Below, one piece after another: positions 1-12,752 of a stretch of DNA of 64,000 nucleotides. Each line of letters starts with the position of its first letter. The first letter of the stretch is position 1. Origin of the DNA: Hypanus sabinus (lineage: Eukaryota); NCBI RefSeq assembly GCF_030144855.1, contig NC_082707.1, forward strand, positions 154,132,001 to 154,196,000. The letters run 5' to 3'. The position numbers and the translations under genes are program-made. Below the pieces are notes generated by a model that ran no database searches, was not told the DNA's origin, and saw only the letters and a list, made by a program, of their open reading frames with translations.

Positions 1-963
1 TATAATACACAAACTTTGAATAAATGTACTTTGTTGCATTAACCATGATTTAAACTTTAATTTCTTTGAATCACGATAGGAGCAAAAGAAGTGTGTATGA
101 TAAAACAAACCATTCTCCATCAGTGAATATACATGAGGTAGGATTTTGATTACAATGAAACATTTACAATTACAATTGAGTAACTTATCTATTAGAATGT
201 GGATTAACTGTTAGTTTTAAAACTCTTTTAATGTCCATTGCTCTTTCTGAATTAAGAAGCTTATGCTGCTTGCTGGAAAAAAACGAAATCTTCAGATTTA
301 CAATCCAACATCCGTTGAAATATACATGCTACGAATTTTCATACTCATGAGTTTACCCTTAAAGTCTGTGCTTTTAGATTCAAAGAGCTTATGGTTCTGG
401 TCTCCAAAGAATACAGGAATAGTAACTAACCTCTAAGTGAAAATACTACAAATTTTAGTAAACTATGTAATATTGCCCACTGAAATACCAATATGGTTTT
501 GTCCAATGAAGTGAATTTGGGGGGGGGGGGGGGGGGGAGAGATAAACAGTGGTGCCAGTTTTGGATATGATTAAATCTCTGGATAGTGTACCTAACAGGA
601 ATTCCATAGAGGCTTTGTGCAAAACAACGCATAGTTGGTTTAGCCTACAGAAGTGAGTTATTCTATTGAGTAAGCATATTTCAGTATTAGCATTCTCAAC
701 ATGCTGTCTTAATGATCTTTTGCCCATTCTTCTTTCAATTATTTACTGTGTAATTATGAGCAAATGTGCACAACAGAATTATACTTAAAAGCAATCCTGT
801 AAGATCAAATATTAATTGAATTTGAACAGCTAGCGATCTGCAGTAGTTCAAACTCTCTAAAATGATGCTTTACTATAATTTTAACCTTTCCCAATTTATT
901 CCCCCCACAGAATATCAAAGTTGCTACGTTTCAGTTATCCAATGTGTGACATATGCAATTTAC

Positions 964-969
964 TTTATT
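964..969 (-). promoter_or_regulatory. Candidate JKAMP polyadenylation signal (AATAAA)
   Basis: tttatt on the + strand about 170 nt past the JKAMP stop; other downstream signals are possible. Confidence 0.4.
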
Positions 970-1140
970 AAAATTTGTTTTATACATTTTGGAACAATTT
1001 CTTTCAAGTATATGAAGAATATAAATAACCTTAAGCAATAAAAACAGGTTTGAATGGTGATTACTGTTTCTCCTTGGGATGTTAGAATAATCTCTACCAT
1101 TCATTGATCAATCTGCTGTATATTGTTATTTTTCTATCCA

Positions 1141-1359
1141 CTAATGTCCATTGCCACCTTCTGACAGTATCCTTGAAGGCTCTGTATATTTAGCTGTTAA
1201 CAGATAAAAAAGTGTTGGAGTGGGCACTAAGGCCAACAGTGGCAGGTCCTGGTCCAGTTTATCCAGTCTGGAAATTGAGATTATTCCATAGGCATGCAGT
1301 ATCCAGTGACTAAACAGAACAACCATTCTCTTCTTTTTGGTGATCAAATCCTTGTAAGT
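1141..1359 (-). CDS. JKAMP: JNK1/MAPK8-associated membrane protein, coding exon 7 (last)
   Basis: AG acceptor at 1360-1361. Reads TYKDLITKKKRMVVLFSHWILHAYGIISISRLDKLDQDLPLLALVPTPTLFYLLTAKYTEPSRILSEGGNGH-TAG, matching the JKAMP C-terminus. The seven joined exons total 933 nt (310 aa) with consistent phases. Confidence 0.96.
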   Translation of the reverse strand, partial: TYKDLITKKKRMVVLFSHWILHAYGIISISRLDKLDQDLPLLALVPTPTLFYLLTAKYTEPSRILSEGGNGH

Positions 1360-1529
1360 CTGTTAAGGAGAAACAATTTTAATTATACATAGAATCTAAT
1401 TTACATTTGTATATTTAGTAGTTTTCACTGAAAGCAATTAAACATTCGTAATTCAAAACTTACACTTTCTGTGAATCCTTTAAAGTGTTCACATAGATTG
1501 TAATTAAAGCCACACCTATTCTCATATTA

Positions 1530-2275
1530 ATTTTCACAGCCTTTAAATCAATTGGGTCTAATATGGAGTCCTCATGCAGGATTCCCTAAAGGTTAACTTG
1601 CAGGTTGAATTTGTGGTAAAGGTGGCAAATGCAATGTTAGCATTTTGAGAGGACTAGAATACAAAAATAAGGATGTAATGCTAAGGCTTTGTAAGGAATT
1701 GGTCAGACTGGATTTGGAGTATTGTGAGCAATTTTGAGCATTTTATCCAAAAAAAAGATATGCTGACATTGGAGAGGGTCCAGAGGAGGTTCGCAAAAAT
1801 GATCTCTGGAATAAAAGGGTTGACATGAGGAGTGTTTGATAGCACTGGGTCTGTACTCACAGGAGTTTATGAGAATGAGAGGGGCAAGGGATCTCACTGA
1901 AACTGACTGAATACTGAAATGCCTAGATAAAGTGGATGTGGAGGATAGGTATCCTATAATGGCGGAGTCTAGGGCCAGAGGGCATGGCCACAGAATAGGG
2001 GGATGTCTACTTAGAATAGAGATGAAGTAAATTTTCTTTTAACCCAAGGGTGGTGAATCTGTGGAATTCATTGCCACATACAGCTGTGCAGGCCAAGTCA
2101 CTGGGTATATTTAAGGTGGAGGTTGATAGGTTCTTGATTAGTCAGGGTATTAAAGGTTGCGGGGGAAAGCAAAAGAATGGAGTTGAGAGGAATAATAAAT
2201 CAGCGATGATGGAATGGCACAGCAGACTCAATGGTCTGAGTGGCCTAATTTTGCTCCTATGTCTTACTGTCTAAT
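1530..2275 (+). mobile_element. CR1-type LINE, 5'-truncated decayed 3' end
   Basis: Degenerate RT C-terminus (VVNLWNSLP..AVQAKSLGIFK.EVDRFL) followed by the family tail ggcctaattttgctcctatgtctta; boundaries approximate. Confidence 0.8.
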
Positions 2276-2329
2276 ATTATAATATGTCAGTTCTCCAAAC
2301 CCTTATTAATTTTTTTTATTCTAACTTAC

Positions 2330-2406
2330 CTGTATTTCTGAAGCGGACATATATACTGCCAAAGTTACCAAGGACAAGACTAAAATTATATATGGAAAAG
2401 CATAAT
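2330..2406 (-). CDS. JKAMP: JKAMP coding exon 6
   Basis: ag|AT TAT GCT...ATA CAG|gtaag; reads YAFPYIILVLSLVTLAVYMSASEIQ. Confidence 0.95.
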
Positions 2407-2787
2407 CTGAAAAAGAGGTTGGAAGTTAAGAAAATATGCAGAAAATCAAATTAAAATATGGTACATATACATATGTATTTTGCCACTAACTGAACTGGTA
2501 TACATTTAATTAGCATTTATTTCAATATTAAGGTAATGTATTAATAGCAATTCTAGATCCTTAACTAGGAATCCCAAATGTGAAATTAAACCAACACCCA
2601 AGACCCATATTTTCAGGCATATTCATTGCAATGTAAATTGGTCAAGAGATATCCTTTCCAATATCTAGATCAAGGTTCTATTGGTTAATTAAAGTCAATT
2701 GTGTTATGGTAAAAATTCTGTCAGAATTTATTGTAAATTGTAGTTGATTTTAAATTTAAGATGGTAACTAAATAAAAATGCACTTAC

Positions 2788-2969
2788 AAAGCAGGCCTCC
2801 ACCAACTGCCTGAAGTACTGTAAGAATTGGGAAAAAGTAAAGCGCTGCATAAATACTTTTAAATCGGTCTGATTTTCCAAGACCACATGCAATCTTTTTA
2901 ACCAGCAGTGGACGAAGCAGCATCATGAAAACGAGACAAAAGGCATAGTATATAAAGACAATAGTGTAT
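2788..2969 (-). CDS. JKAMP: JKAMP coding exon 5
   Basis: Reads YTIVFIYYAFCLVFMMLLRPLLVKKIACGLGKSDRFKSIYAALYFFPILTVLQAVGGGLL; canonical AG/GT. Confidence 0.96.
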
Positions 2970-3225
2970 CTGAAATCAAACAGACAACAGACTATCAGGT
3001 TAGCAACATTAGTAAAGGGGAAATTTTCATTTTATGAAATATTGATTTCCAATTTTTAGGATTCCCATTATCTCTTCCATTTCTGACATCTCAGAAGGCT
3101 GGCAGCCATTATTCTATGCACAATGCTTAATTTTAAATTTAAAAACACAAAGACTCAAAAAACAAATACAAACTGTATTTATATGACCCAGAGAACTACT
3201 TAGTTTACACTTGTATTTAAAAATA

Positions 3226-4090
3226 CAGTCGGCCCTCCTTATATGCGGGGGATTGGTTCCGGGACCCCCCGCGGATACCAACATTCACAGATGCTCAAGT
3301 CCCTATTCAACCTGTCTCAGTGCGCTGGACCTTAGGACCCAGCGGAACCCCAGGCCTTATTTAGCCTGTTTCAGTGCACTGGACATTACGACGCGGCAGC
3401 AGAGATCTGAATCCGCAGTGTTTCTGTTCGTGAAAATAATCACGAACACGATTGAAAATAAAATGAATATAATAAAGTGACTGGAAAGAAGTGAAACACC
3501 ATCGGTCATTGGAAAAACATTAGGCTATGTCGGTCAACAATTGGAACAATTTTAAAAGATAAAGTGAGAAAGGCTCTGCCCCAATGAAAGCAGCTACAAT
3601 TATTACTAAGCAACGCAGTGGTTTAATTATTGGGTTTTGGGTTTTTGCTCTTCCACATCAACCCGGCAGGGTGGAGAGAACACTCAGGAGCAGTCTGTCC
3701 CGAGTCCCAAGAACTTCCGTTCCCAAGCCCGGTGCTGAAACATACGTTCTTATATACGATATACTGAGACAAACGTTTGACTAACTGACGCTAAATAAAA
3801 CCAGATGTACCTGTTCCGACTTACTAAGAAAACTTACGATTTTTTTCAATCCCGANNNNNNNNNNNNNNNNNNNNNNNNNNNNNNNNNNNNNNNNNNNNN
3901 NNNNNNNNNNNNNNNNNNNNNNNNNNNNNNNNNNNNNNNNNNNNNNNNNNNNNNNNNNNNNNNNNNNNNNNNNNNNNNNNNNNNNNNNNNNNNNNNNNNN
4001 NNNNNNNNNNNAGTGCTGGAAGAGCACTTCTAGGTTTTCGCGATTAGTTGAATTCATGCATGCGGAATTCGCGGATAGGAGGGCCGACTA
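3226..4090 (+). mobile_element. TcMar-Tigger (MER2-like) non-autonomous DNA transposon, copy 1
   Basis: TA-flanked TIRs cagtcggccctccttat ... ataggagggccgacta; internal decayed CENP-B-type HTH remnant; contains a 156-nt N run. Confidence 0.85.
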
Positions 4091-4178
4091 TATCAGATGT
4101 TTTTACATAGCAATAACTAAATTAATATCAAAAAACTGAACAAGTCAGTATTGCATATATTGAAAAACATATACTTAC

Positions 4179-4385
4179 AAGGGAAATACAGCTTCCTGTG
4201 TACAATGCAGTGTAGTAATATAATCTGGACTGGGATTATAAAGCATTGTATACCAATCTGATAGCACCTTCACAGGGCAGGACCGAATTTTCAGCTCTCC
4301 TATTGGATCATTCACTAACAATGTGACAATGGCTGCAACAGCACATTCTAGTAATGCAGTCACATGCTGAAAAAGAGCACTGGAA
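4179..4385 (-). CDS. JKAMP: JKAMP coding exon 4
   Basis: Reads SSALFQHVTALLECAVAAIVTLLVNDPIGELKIRSCPVKVLSDWYTMLYNPSPDYITTLHCTQEAVFP; canonical splice sites. Confidence 0.96.
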
Positions 4386-4444
4386 CTGTACAAAAAATAC
4401 AATGAATTATATTTCAAATGAATTTGGTTTTAAATAAATTTCTA

Positions 4445-4977
4445 TAGTACTATGCTAAAGTCTTAGAAACAAAGATATAGCTAGGGTACCTAAACTTTTG
4501 CACAGTAGTGTTTGTCAACTTAGAGTGGAGAGAGAGCACGAGTTAATAAATCTGGCACAAGCAAAGGCTGTTGGGAGTGGCAAGGGTGGAGTTCTGCGAG
4601 TTGGGTGTGGGACAGGTGGCAGAGCAGGAGTGATAGGGGAGTGGGTGCAGACACATTATCCCTGAGACACCAGGCAAGGTAATTTGATTCCAAACAATTG
4701 GTTTATTGATCATTACAGAATGTCTCTATGCTGCTTCCCACTCCCTCTCCTCTTCCATCCCCTTTTCCCAACCATGATTCCGGCCTCCTTCCCCCTTTCC
4801 ACTCTGTCCACAATGGAGACCCATATCAGAATCAGGTTTATAACCACTTACATGTCATTAAATGTGTTTTTTGTTGCGGCAGCAGTACAGTGCAATACAT
4901 AAAATTACTAAAGTACTGTGCAAAGGTCCTGGGCACCCTAGCTAAATTTATGTCCCGAAGACTTTTGCACAGTACTA
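4445..4977. mobile_element. Tc1-type MITE with about 65-bp terminal inverted repeats
   Basis: TA-flanked ends resembling cagtactgtgcaaaagtc; 4445-4508 is an imperfect reverse complement of 4911-4977. Confidence 0.65.
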
Positions 4978-5663
4978 TATAATAAATTTCATCTGAGTCA
5001 TATAATTGAATGCTGGTATAATCTTGGAGTGACTTAAAATAATGAAGAAATAGAATAAGGCAACAAATGGCTGTTTTCAATAATTGTTCCCATGTTCTGG
5101 ATACCACTTGTGGACTTTGTGAACAAAATTTAACATTGCTATTATCTCTTTCTCTTGAACACGTTCCTATGGTATAGCTATTATTTTACAAGTACATCAG
5201 TCTATGTTAGCAAGCATGTTTCTGGGAACTGTCACCTTTGGCACTGACTATATTTCAGATAATAGTCCATATCGATAGGTGCATCATATCATAATGTTAA
5301 ATACAACTACAGCTAAATTATACATTTCTCTGACACAAAGTCACAATTCCATGTCTATGAATTTAAAGGATTTTAATTTCTTACTGAAAGTAATACTTAT
5401 GAGCATCCAATTGTGCTTTAATTAAACGTCTATGTATACATACACTTCTGCTTTCCACAAGTACATAAATATTCTGTTTTGTCCAGAACATACTGTTCAT
5501 TTACATTTTACATTCATAGATGTAGACTTACACCCAAATTGGACCCTACTGCTTATAAATTTATGACTTACAGATAAAAGTGCAATGCTGAAATCTATTA
5601 AGGCACTTATCCTTCTATTATAATAACACCGATTCACATTCCAAATTCTCAAATATCACAAAC

Positions 5664-5818
5664 CTTTTTTTGCCCGAGTACCATTCAATAAAAAACCAGT
5701 GCAAAACCAAAGGCAGAACTGCCATGAAACCAAGATACAGCCAGTCATACAACTCTGGTGATGCTTCACATTTACGACAAATTTTCAGATCATCTGATCT
5801 TTCTCCTCTTGGACATAC
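5664..5818 (-). CDS. JKAMP: JKAMP coding exon 3
   Basis: Reads VCPRGERSDDLKICRKCEASPELYDWLYLGFMAVLPLVLHWFFIEWYSGKK; canonical splice sites. Confidence 0.96.
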
Positions 5819-6334
5819 CTGTTGAGAATTTTTAGGACAATGAAAAATCTTTTCAACTTTCTGTACCATAAATATATGCCATATGCCAGACTGATAGAGG
5901 GTGAATACATCTACTAGATACCTTCAATAATTTTGTTTTTAAGTAAAAAAAAGCCAACATTGTTTGGAATTAAATTAGAGATGTTAATGGAGCCTGCTAT
6001 TGACTTTATTCAAACTACAAATCCCTTTATTACAAAATGCATTTGAATGCATTTAGGCTTGAATTTAGGTGCAATCAAAGATAACTTACAAACAAATACA
6101 ACTAAATTAGATTTTATATCACTTGTACCATGTGAATATGAATGATCTTTTGAACATTTTTGAACAGCATGATGGTTTTGTACACTGAACTATATACAAA
6201 CATATGATTTACATCTACAAGGAAAATACAGCAGCAGTTTAAACCCTGAAACAAATACAAAATGCTGGAAATACTTAGGAAGTCAGGCAACATTTGTGGT
6301 TAAAAAATGAATTAATATTTCCAGATTGATGACT

Positions 6335-6645
6335 GCCAAAGTGGTGTTGTAGCAGTTAGTGAAAAGCTATTACAGCACCAGCGACTCAAACCACTGTCTA
6401 GAACTAGTTTGTACATTCTCCCCATGACCATATGGATTTAGTCAGGGTGATCCGCTTTCCTTCCACATTCCAAAGACATACAGATTAGGGTTAGGAAGTT
6501 GTAGGCCTACTATGTTGGCACCAGAAACATGGCAACCCTTACAGGCTGCACCCACCACATCCTCAGACTGTGTTGGTCACTGACACAAAAAACACATTTC
6601 ACTGTATACTTTGATGTACATGTGACAAATAAAGCTAATCTCTTA
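6335..6645 (+). mobile_element. V-SINE-like SINE (second fragment at about 6700-6810)
   Basis: V-domain-like core ttctccccatgacc...tttccttccacattccaaagac and a 3' tail gtgacaaataaagctaatc. Confidence 0.6.
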
Positions 6646-6863
6646 ATCTTTCATCAAAACAGTTGACCTGAAACATTAAGCTGTTTCACTCTCCACTAGG
6701 CACCACTATCTATAAGGAGTTTGTACAGTCTCCCTGTGACTGTGTGGTAATCTGGTTTCCTCCCACATTCCAAAGGCCTACAGTTTAGGATTAGTAAATT
6801 GTGGGCCTGTTTGCAAGTCTCCAAGATTACAATGTAAGAAATGCAAAAATGAACAAAGCTCAC

Positions 6864-6952
6864 CCCACAATCTCCATATTGCGGTTGACTGTCATTAGCA
6901 ATTTCTTTTATTTGCTTTCCACAATATAATCCAGGGCATATCAAATCAACAT
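6864..6952 (-). CDS. JKAMP: JKAMP coding exon 2
   Basis: Reads (D)VDLICPGLYCGKQIKEIANDSQPQYGDCG|gtgag; homologous to human ACLGLYCGK...YGECG. Confidence 0.93.
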
Positions 6953-7717
6953 CTGAAATACAGTAACATTTAAAAACAAATTGCATTAATAACTAGGTTA
7001 ATTCTGATAAATTATTTGTTCTAATTCACATTTATATAAAATTGACTATTAAAACAGAACTTGACTTTATGGAATTCCAGCAAAACAGAATTCAGTGGTG
7101 GTTGAACAGAAAACCTTGAAGAGAAATGAAGTTATACTTTACTACAGGTATGCCATCACATCCCCAGGCCATTGATGCTAAAGTTCCTCAAGGATGTATT
7201 AATGAGTCTAGAACAGTAGCAGCCTCTATAAATATCTTTTTTAAAAAAAAGGAAAAGACTAGGGAAGGCAAATGAGAGTCTCTTCCAGAAAGAAGTTGCA
7301 GAACTTACAGTTGCAAGACAAAGTTTGCAATTACTTGGATTTCTGCATTAATTACTCATAAAATGTGGTCGGGGAAGCTGTGGAGGAAGGAACAACAGGC
7401 ATCTAGACAGCTACTCAAATGAGCAAAGCATAGACAGATAAGGATTTATATAGCAGGCTTAGGATTAGTCTACATAGGCATCATAGTCCAAAAGGCCTAT
7501 ATCTATGCCCTACAACTAAGACTCTACTGTATAACGTGAAAAAATGTGACATTCAACAGTGTTCAGGAGGTATTACATTCAAAGGAGCAGAAAATCTGAA
7601 AATGTCACCTGTCTAAATGGTACTGGTTAGGTTACATCAACTCTCACAACTAACATTTTTATCACGTAACATTTGCAACAATCACATCAAGTGCAAATTA
7701 AAAACAAGTAAATAATA

Positions 7718-8442
7718 TAGTCGGCCCTCCTTATCCGCGGATTCAATCAACCGCGGATCGGGAAAATCCAGAAGTTCTCTCTCCAGCACNNNNNNNNNNN
7801 NNNNNNNNNNNNNNNNNNNNNNNNNNNNNNNNNNNNNNNNNNNNNNNNNNNNNNNNNNNNNNNNNNNNNNNNNNNNNNNNNNNNNNNNNNNNNNNNNNNN
7901 NNNNNNNNNNNNNNNNNNNNNNNNNNNNNNNCGTTATGAATGAGTTCCATTCCTGAGTCCGTCTTTAAATCGGATTTGAAGTCAGAACAGGTACATCCGG
8001 TATTACGTAGCGTCAGTCAAATGTTTTTCTTAGTGTATAGTACATATTTTACCTTTCTAGGCATGTAAATCACTTAAAAAACATACGTATTTCAATAATA
8101 TAACCACTGCGTTGCTTAGTAATAATTGTAGCTTTTATCGGGGCAGGGCCTTTCACATTCTCCATTAAAATTGTTCCCATCGTTGACCGACTGTGGCCTA
8201 ATGCTTTTCCAATGACCGATGACGTTTCACCTCTTTCTGATCGCTTTATTACTTCCACCTTATTTTCAATCGCGATCGTGATTATTTCCATGAACAGAAA
8301 CACTGCGGATTCAGAGCTGCGCCGCCAGGTCCTAATGTTCACCGCACGGAGACATGTTAAATAAGAGACTTGAGCATCCGTGAATTTTGGTATCCGTGGG
8401 GGTTCCCGGAACCAAACCCCCGCAGATAAGAAAGGACGACTG
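7718..8442 (-). mobile_element. TcMar-Tigger (MER2-like) non-autonomous DNA transposon, copy 2
   Basis: Same TIRs as copy 1, TA-flanked; HTH remnant ITIAIENKVEVIKRSERGETSSVIGKALGHSRSTMGTIL; contains a 142-nt N run. Confidence 0.85.
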
Positions 8443-8793
8443 TATATACAATTCTCTAAAAATGCTCTTTTGTTAACTTATAATTTTTACTTTTACAATG
8501 ACAATGTTCTTAAAAACAATTTGTATTTTCATACTGGGGCTTCCAAATTTTTCACAAAACAAGTAACCACATGAGTTGCTGCCAATACTGTAACCGGAAC
8601 ATTTAAAAAGGGAGGGGGAAAAGAAGAGGAAATTACCAATTCATTAGACTACCAGCAGTAGTGGGGAAAATTCTGAAATCTTCATTAAAGCATGTAATGG
8701 AAAAAACCACTTAAAGGAGATTAATAGAATGGATTCAGCATAAATTTATGAAAGGAAAATTGTGTTTGATAAATCTATTTGAGACCTCTGAGG

Positions 8794-9362
8794 TGTAACC
8801 CCCTGGCACGCCTCAGGCTTGCTCAACTCACTTCTGTCTAGGGGCAGTAGCCTTTGGCCCAGCCAAACTGGGTAATCAGCTTGTGTGGATGCTGAGTGAT
8901 GTCCCCACCCCGCCAAATAACAGACAGTACACCATATGCGATTAAATGATTACACTTTTTAGAGATCACTAGAACTAAGTGATTAATAACAGAAGGAAAA
9001 GAAAATAAAGAAAAGGCGCCAAAACTTATCAAAATCCAAAACACCATGCACAACCGTTGGAGCTCAATTAACGAAGTCTTCTGGCCACCATTCGATCCCC
9101 TCAGACCTCCTCAACTCGTAGCTCAGGACCATCAGAAGTGATCAACCAAGCACCCCCGGCACGTCTGTCTTTGCCTCCTCTCCTCACCAAAAATCCTGGC
9201 CTCGGACACCCACTCGGGGTCCATTCCGTCGCCCAGCTTACAGCATCGCGTCCTCTCTCTCTCACCCCCTCGCGGCGACTCCCCAAATGCCCACAAACAC
9301 TGTTCGCTTAACAGACCCACCAGAAGAATAACTTCTATCCCAATTGGTTAATAAATGAATAC
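8794..9362. mobile_element. Probable LTR fragment
   Basis: GC-richer block beginning tgtaacccc (LTR-like terminus); no partner LTR in the window; the other end abuts the next element. Confidence 0.35.
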
Positions 9363-9364
9363 AA

Positions 9365-9938
9365 TTCAAAGAACTTCTGGTGGGACTGGTGAATATCGCA
9401 TGGAAGACATTCAAGGATATTACCTGAATTTTTTTTTGGCAACTACAGAGCACCAAACTATGTGCAGCTGATTGACAACATGCTTCAAACATACAAAACC
9501 ATGAAGTGCAATGTGACTCTAAAGATTCATCTTCTGAATTCCCATTTAGTCTTCTTCCCTTAAATCTTGGCATTGTCAGTGATGAGCACGGTGAAAGATT
9601 TCACCAGGACATTGCGGTCATAGAGAAACGGTATCAGGACAACTGGAATCTATCAATGCTGGCTGATTGTTATTGGCCACTTAAACGAGAAACCTCAGAC
9701 ACTGAGTACAAACAAAAATTATCAACAAATCATGTTTAGCTTAGCTGAACTATTGCGAAGTGTCAACACTGCTAAGCAAGTAAAAATATGATACTCAATA
9801 GAAGTTAATTTCTTGTTTATTCAAGTTCTTACATGGTACAAGTAGTCAAATTATGTTTGTGTTCAGCTGCAAGCATTCCATCATAACCACAAAAAAATTC
9901 TGAGGAAGCAACACTTTCAAAAAAATTGCTGTCCAGTG
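9365..9938 (+). mobile_element. Chapaev3-like (CMC) DNA transposon 3' fragment
   Basis: Decayed transposase C-terminus NYRAPNYVQLIDNMLQTYKTMKCNVTLKIH...NLGIVSDEHGERFHQDIAVIEKRYQ; terminus ...gtccagtg reads CACTGGAC on the other strand. Family assigned from recalled motifs. Confidence 0.6.
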
Positions 9939-9939
9939 T

Positions 9940-11270
9940 TTATCAAATCCATCCCAATTTCCATTTTTAAAATTCTACCTGGGGAAATGATCACTCCTCA
10001 CTGCTTTATCAGTTTACACTTCCCAGTTACGCACACTTGCCATATCCTCAGATACCAGTGCACGATCAAAAGCAGAGTGTTGTTAAATAGATTTATCCTT
10101 GTACTCCTACCATCAAACACATCGCTTTTCTTTCATAAAGTCTTCCACCACCACCCCATTCACATTTGTGTCACTACAACTCTACGGAGCACTATGAGCA
10201 TTAAAATCCCCACACCACATTACCTTATTTTCCCATTTCCATCCATACTTTCCAATTTATCAGATATACCTTTCCCAAGGATTATAAAAAAATGTTCTTT
10301 ACTATTTTCCCCCAAATTTCAACCAGAATTGACTCATAAACAACCACAATCTCCATAACTCTATGTGCTATCCCATTTTTGACAAAGTTTGCCACTCCTC
10401 CTCCATTACCCATAACCTTGTATCTTAAAACTTGGACAAGATCTCAACCAGGTTTCCTGTACACATATAACATGAAGTTTATTTGGTAAATCATCTATAA
10501 ATTTCTTAAATTCTTGACCATTAGCTGCAGGCTTCAAGCATTCCATTGTAAGATTAGAAAAGCCATTAAGAACCCTTCTTTGAAGTCTGAACATTATAAA
10601 CTCCTCCTTATAAGGTATCATTAATAACTTGTAGAGTTAAGTCTTTTATCTCTAGATCAGGGATTCCCAACTTTTTTTTTAAACACACCATAGAGCCTTA
10701 CCATTAACCAAGTGTCCATAGACCCCAGTGTGGGAACTCCTGCTTCAGATGTTTTTCTGCAGCTTTTAATATAACTATTTTTTTGTCCTCGTTTTAGTTT
10801 GTGCTGTACAATTTACCACATCTGCCATGAAAGTGACAAACTTTAGCTTATCAATAATCAGCAAATCCTTTTACAATCAGGCACTTCACATACTATCAGT
10901 ATCCTGGGGTATTAATAGGTCCCACTGACACTTTCTGTATGTTATGCAGAGTTTCTGATATAGGTTGCCCACTTCCACCTGAACATGCTGCACTTCCACA
11001 GCTTTCTTATATATAGGACACCCTGCATAACAAACCCATATGCTACAATTTAGCCTAACTTCTGCCACATGTTCTCCACATCTACCACACCTACTTTTTA
11101 TCCTTCTACACATGACCAAACCCTCTGGTATTAAAAACATCTCGGGGGGGGGGGGGGGGGGGTGGCACATACACTGAAACTTTCTCATATTGATTATACC
11201 TTTACAAAATACTAAGACCACCCCACCTCTTAAACAAAGTCCAGTTACAGAGCCTGCTCTTCTCAAGTAT
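9940..11270 (-). mobile_element. I/Nimb-clade LINE fragment (ORF1 zinc knuckles plus start of AP endonuclease)
   Basis: ORF1-like RCGRCGEH...YAGCPIYKKA, then APE motif ANGQEFKKFIDDL...VICVQETWL...FKIQGY; frameshifted. Confidence 0.7.
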
Positions 11271-11280
11271 GATCTGTTTA

Positions 11281-12488
11281 CATGCACCATAACTCGATCA
11301 AAACAACTGAGGACCTTAGAAGAAGAATTATAGAGATGCACGAAGCTGGAAAATGATTTCTAAAGACCTGAATGTTCATCAATCCACATTAAGAGAAACT
11401 GTCCACAAATGGAGGAAATTCAGTAATGTTGCTATTCTCCCGAGGAGTGCATGGCCTGCAAAGATCACACCAAGAGCACAACATGCAATGCGGAACGAGG
11501 TGAAAAAACCAAGGGTAATAGCAGAAGACCTGTAGAAGTCTCTAGAACTTCTTAAAGTCTCTGTCCATGTGTCCACTATAAGCAAAACACTTAAGAATGA
11601 TGTTTATGGAAGGAAACAACTGCTCTCCAAAAAAAAATTGCTGCACGTCTCAAGTTTGCAAAAGGCCACCTGGATGTTCCTCAACCTTTCTGGGACAATG
11701 TTCTGTGGACAGATGAGACAAAAGTTGAACTTTTTAGCAGAAATGCACACCGTTATGTTTGGAGGAAAGGGGGCACTGCACACAAACAGTATAACCTCAT
11801 CCCAACTGTGAAACATGGTGGAAGGAGCATCATGATTTGGGGTTGCTTTGCTGCCTCAAGGCCTGGACAGCTTGCAATCGTTGAGGGAACAATGAATTCA
11901 AAATGATAGCAAGACATTTTACAGGAGTCTATCAGGGTAACAGTACGAGTAGCAGAATCTTAATAGAAGTTGGATGATGCGACAAGACAATGATCCGAAA
12001 CACAAGAGTAAATCAACAACAGAAATGGTTTAAAAAGAAAATTCAAGTTTTGGAATGGCCAAGCCAAGACATTAACCTAAATGAGATACTGTGGCATTAG
12101 CTGAAGAGGGCTGCTCATGCAAGGTATCCCAGAAATATTGATGACCTGAAGCAGTTTTGTATGAAGGAATAGTCTAATATTCCTCCTTGCCGTTGTGCAT
12201 GTCTGATCAGCAGCTACAGGAAACGTTTAGTAGAGATTATTGCTGCTAAAGGAGGTTCTATTAGTTTTTAAATACAAGAGTTCACATACTTTTTCCAGCC
12301 TGGACTGTGAATGATTAAAGAATGTGTTCAATAAGGACATGAAAACTAACAATGTTTGTATGTTATTAGTCTAGGCAGATAGTATTTGTCTATTACTGTA
12401 ACTTAGATGAAAATCCACCACATTTATTAGTAATTAATGCAGAAAACCAGGTAATTGCAAAGGGTTCGCACAGTTTTTCTTGCAACAG
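11281..12488 (+). mobile_element. Tc1 transposon, decayed transposase and right TIR
   Basis: ISKDLNVHQSTLRETVHKWRK, LWTDETKVELF, TVKHGGRSIMIWGCF and QDNDPKH motifs with stops and frameshifts; ends ...ttttcttgcaacag|TA; left TIR missing. Confidence 0.88.
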
Positions 12489-12752
12489 TATACACACACA
12501 AGGACATAGTATACTATATAATACAACTAATTTATACACATAACAGCACATCAAATTTTAAACATCTTTCTGACCGGGGGTGGGGGGGTATGGTGGTTGA
12601 CTCGCTGCTTATCTCTGTGAGACCAGTGGCTGTGAACAATCTCAGGATCTGGGGTCTCCTCCATGGTGAATGTAGGAGTTGAGCCTGGGACCTAACCCTA
12701 ACCCTAGGCACTTCCCGATTAACTCTGGCATCAGCCCCACAAACCGTAAGCA

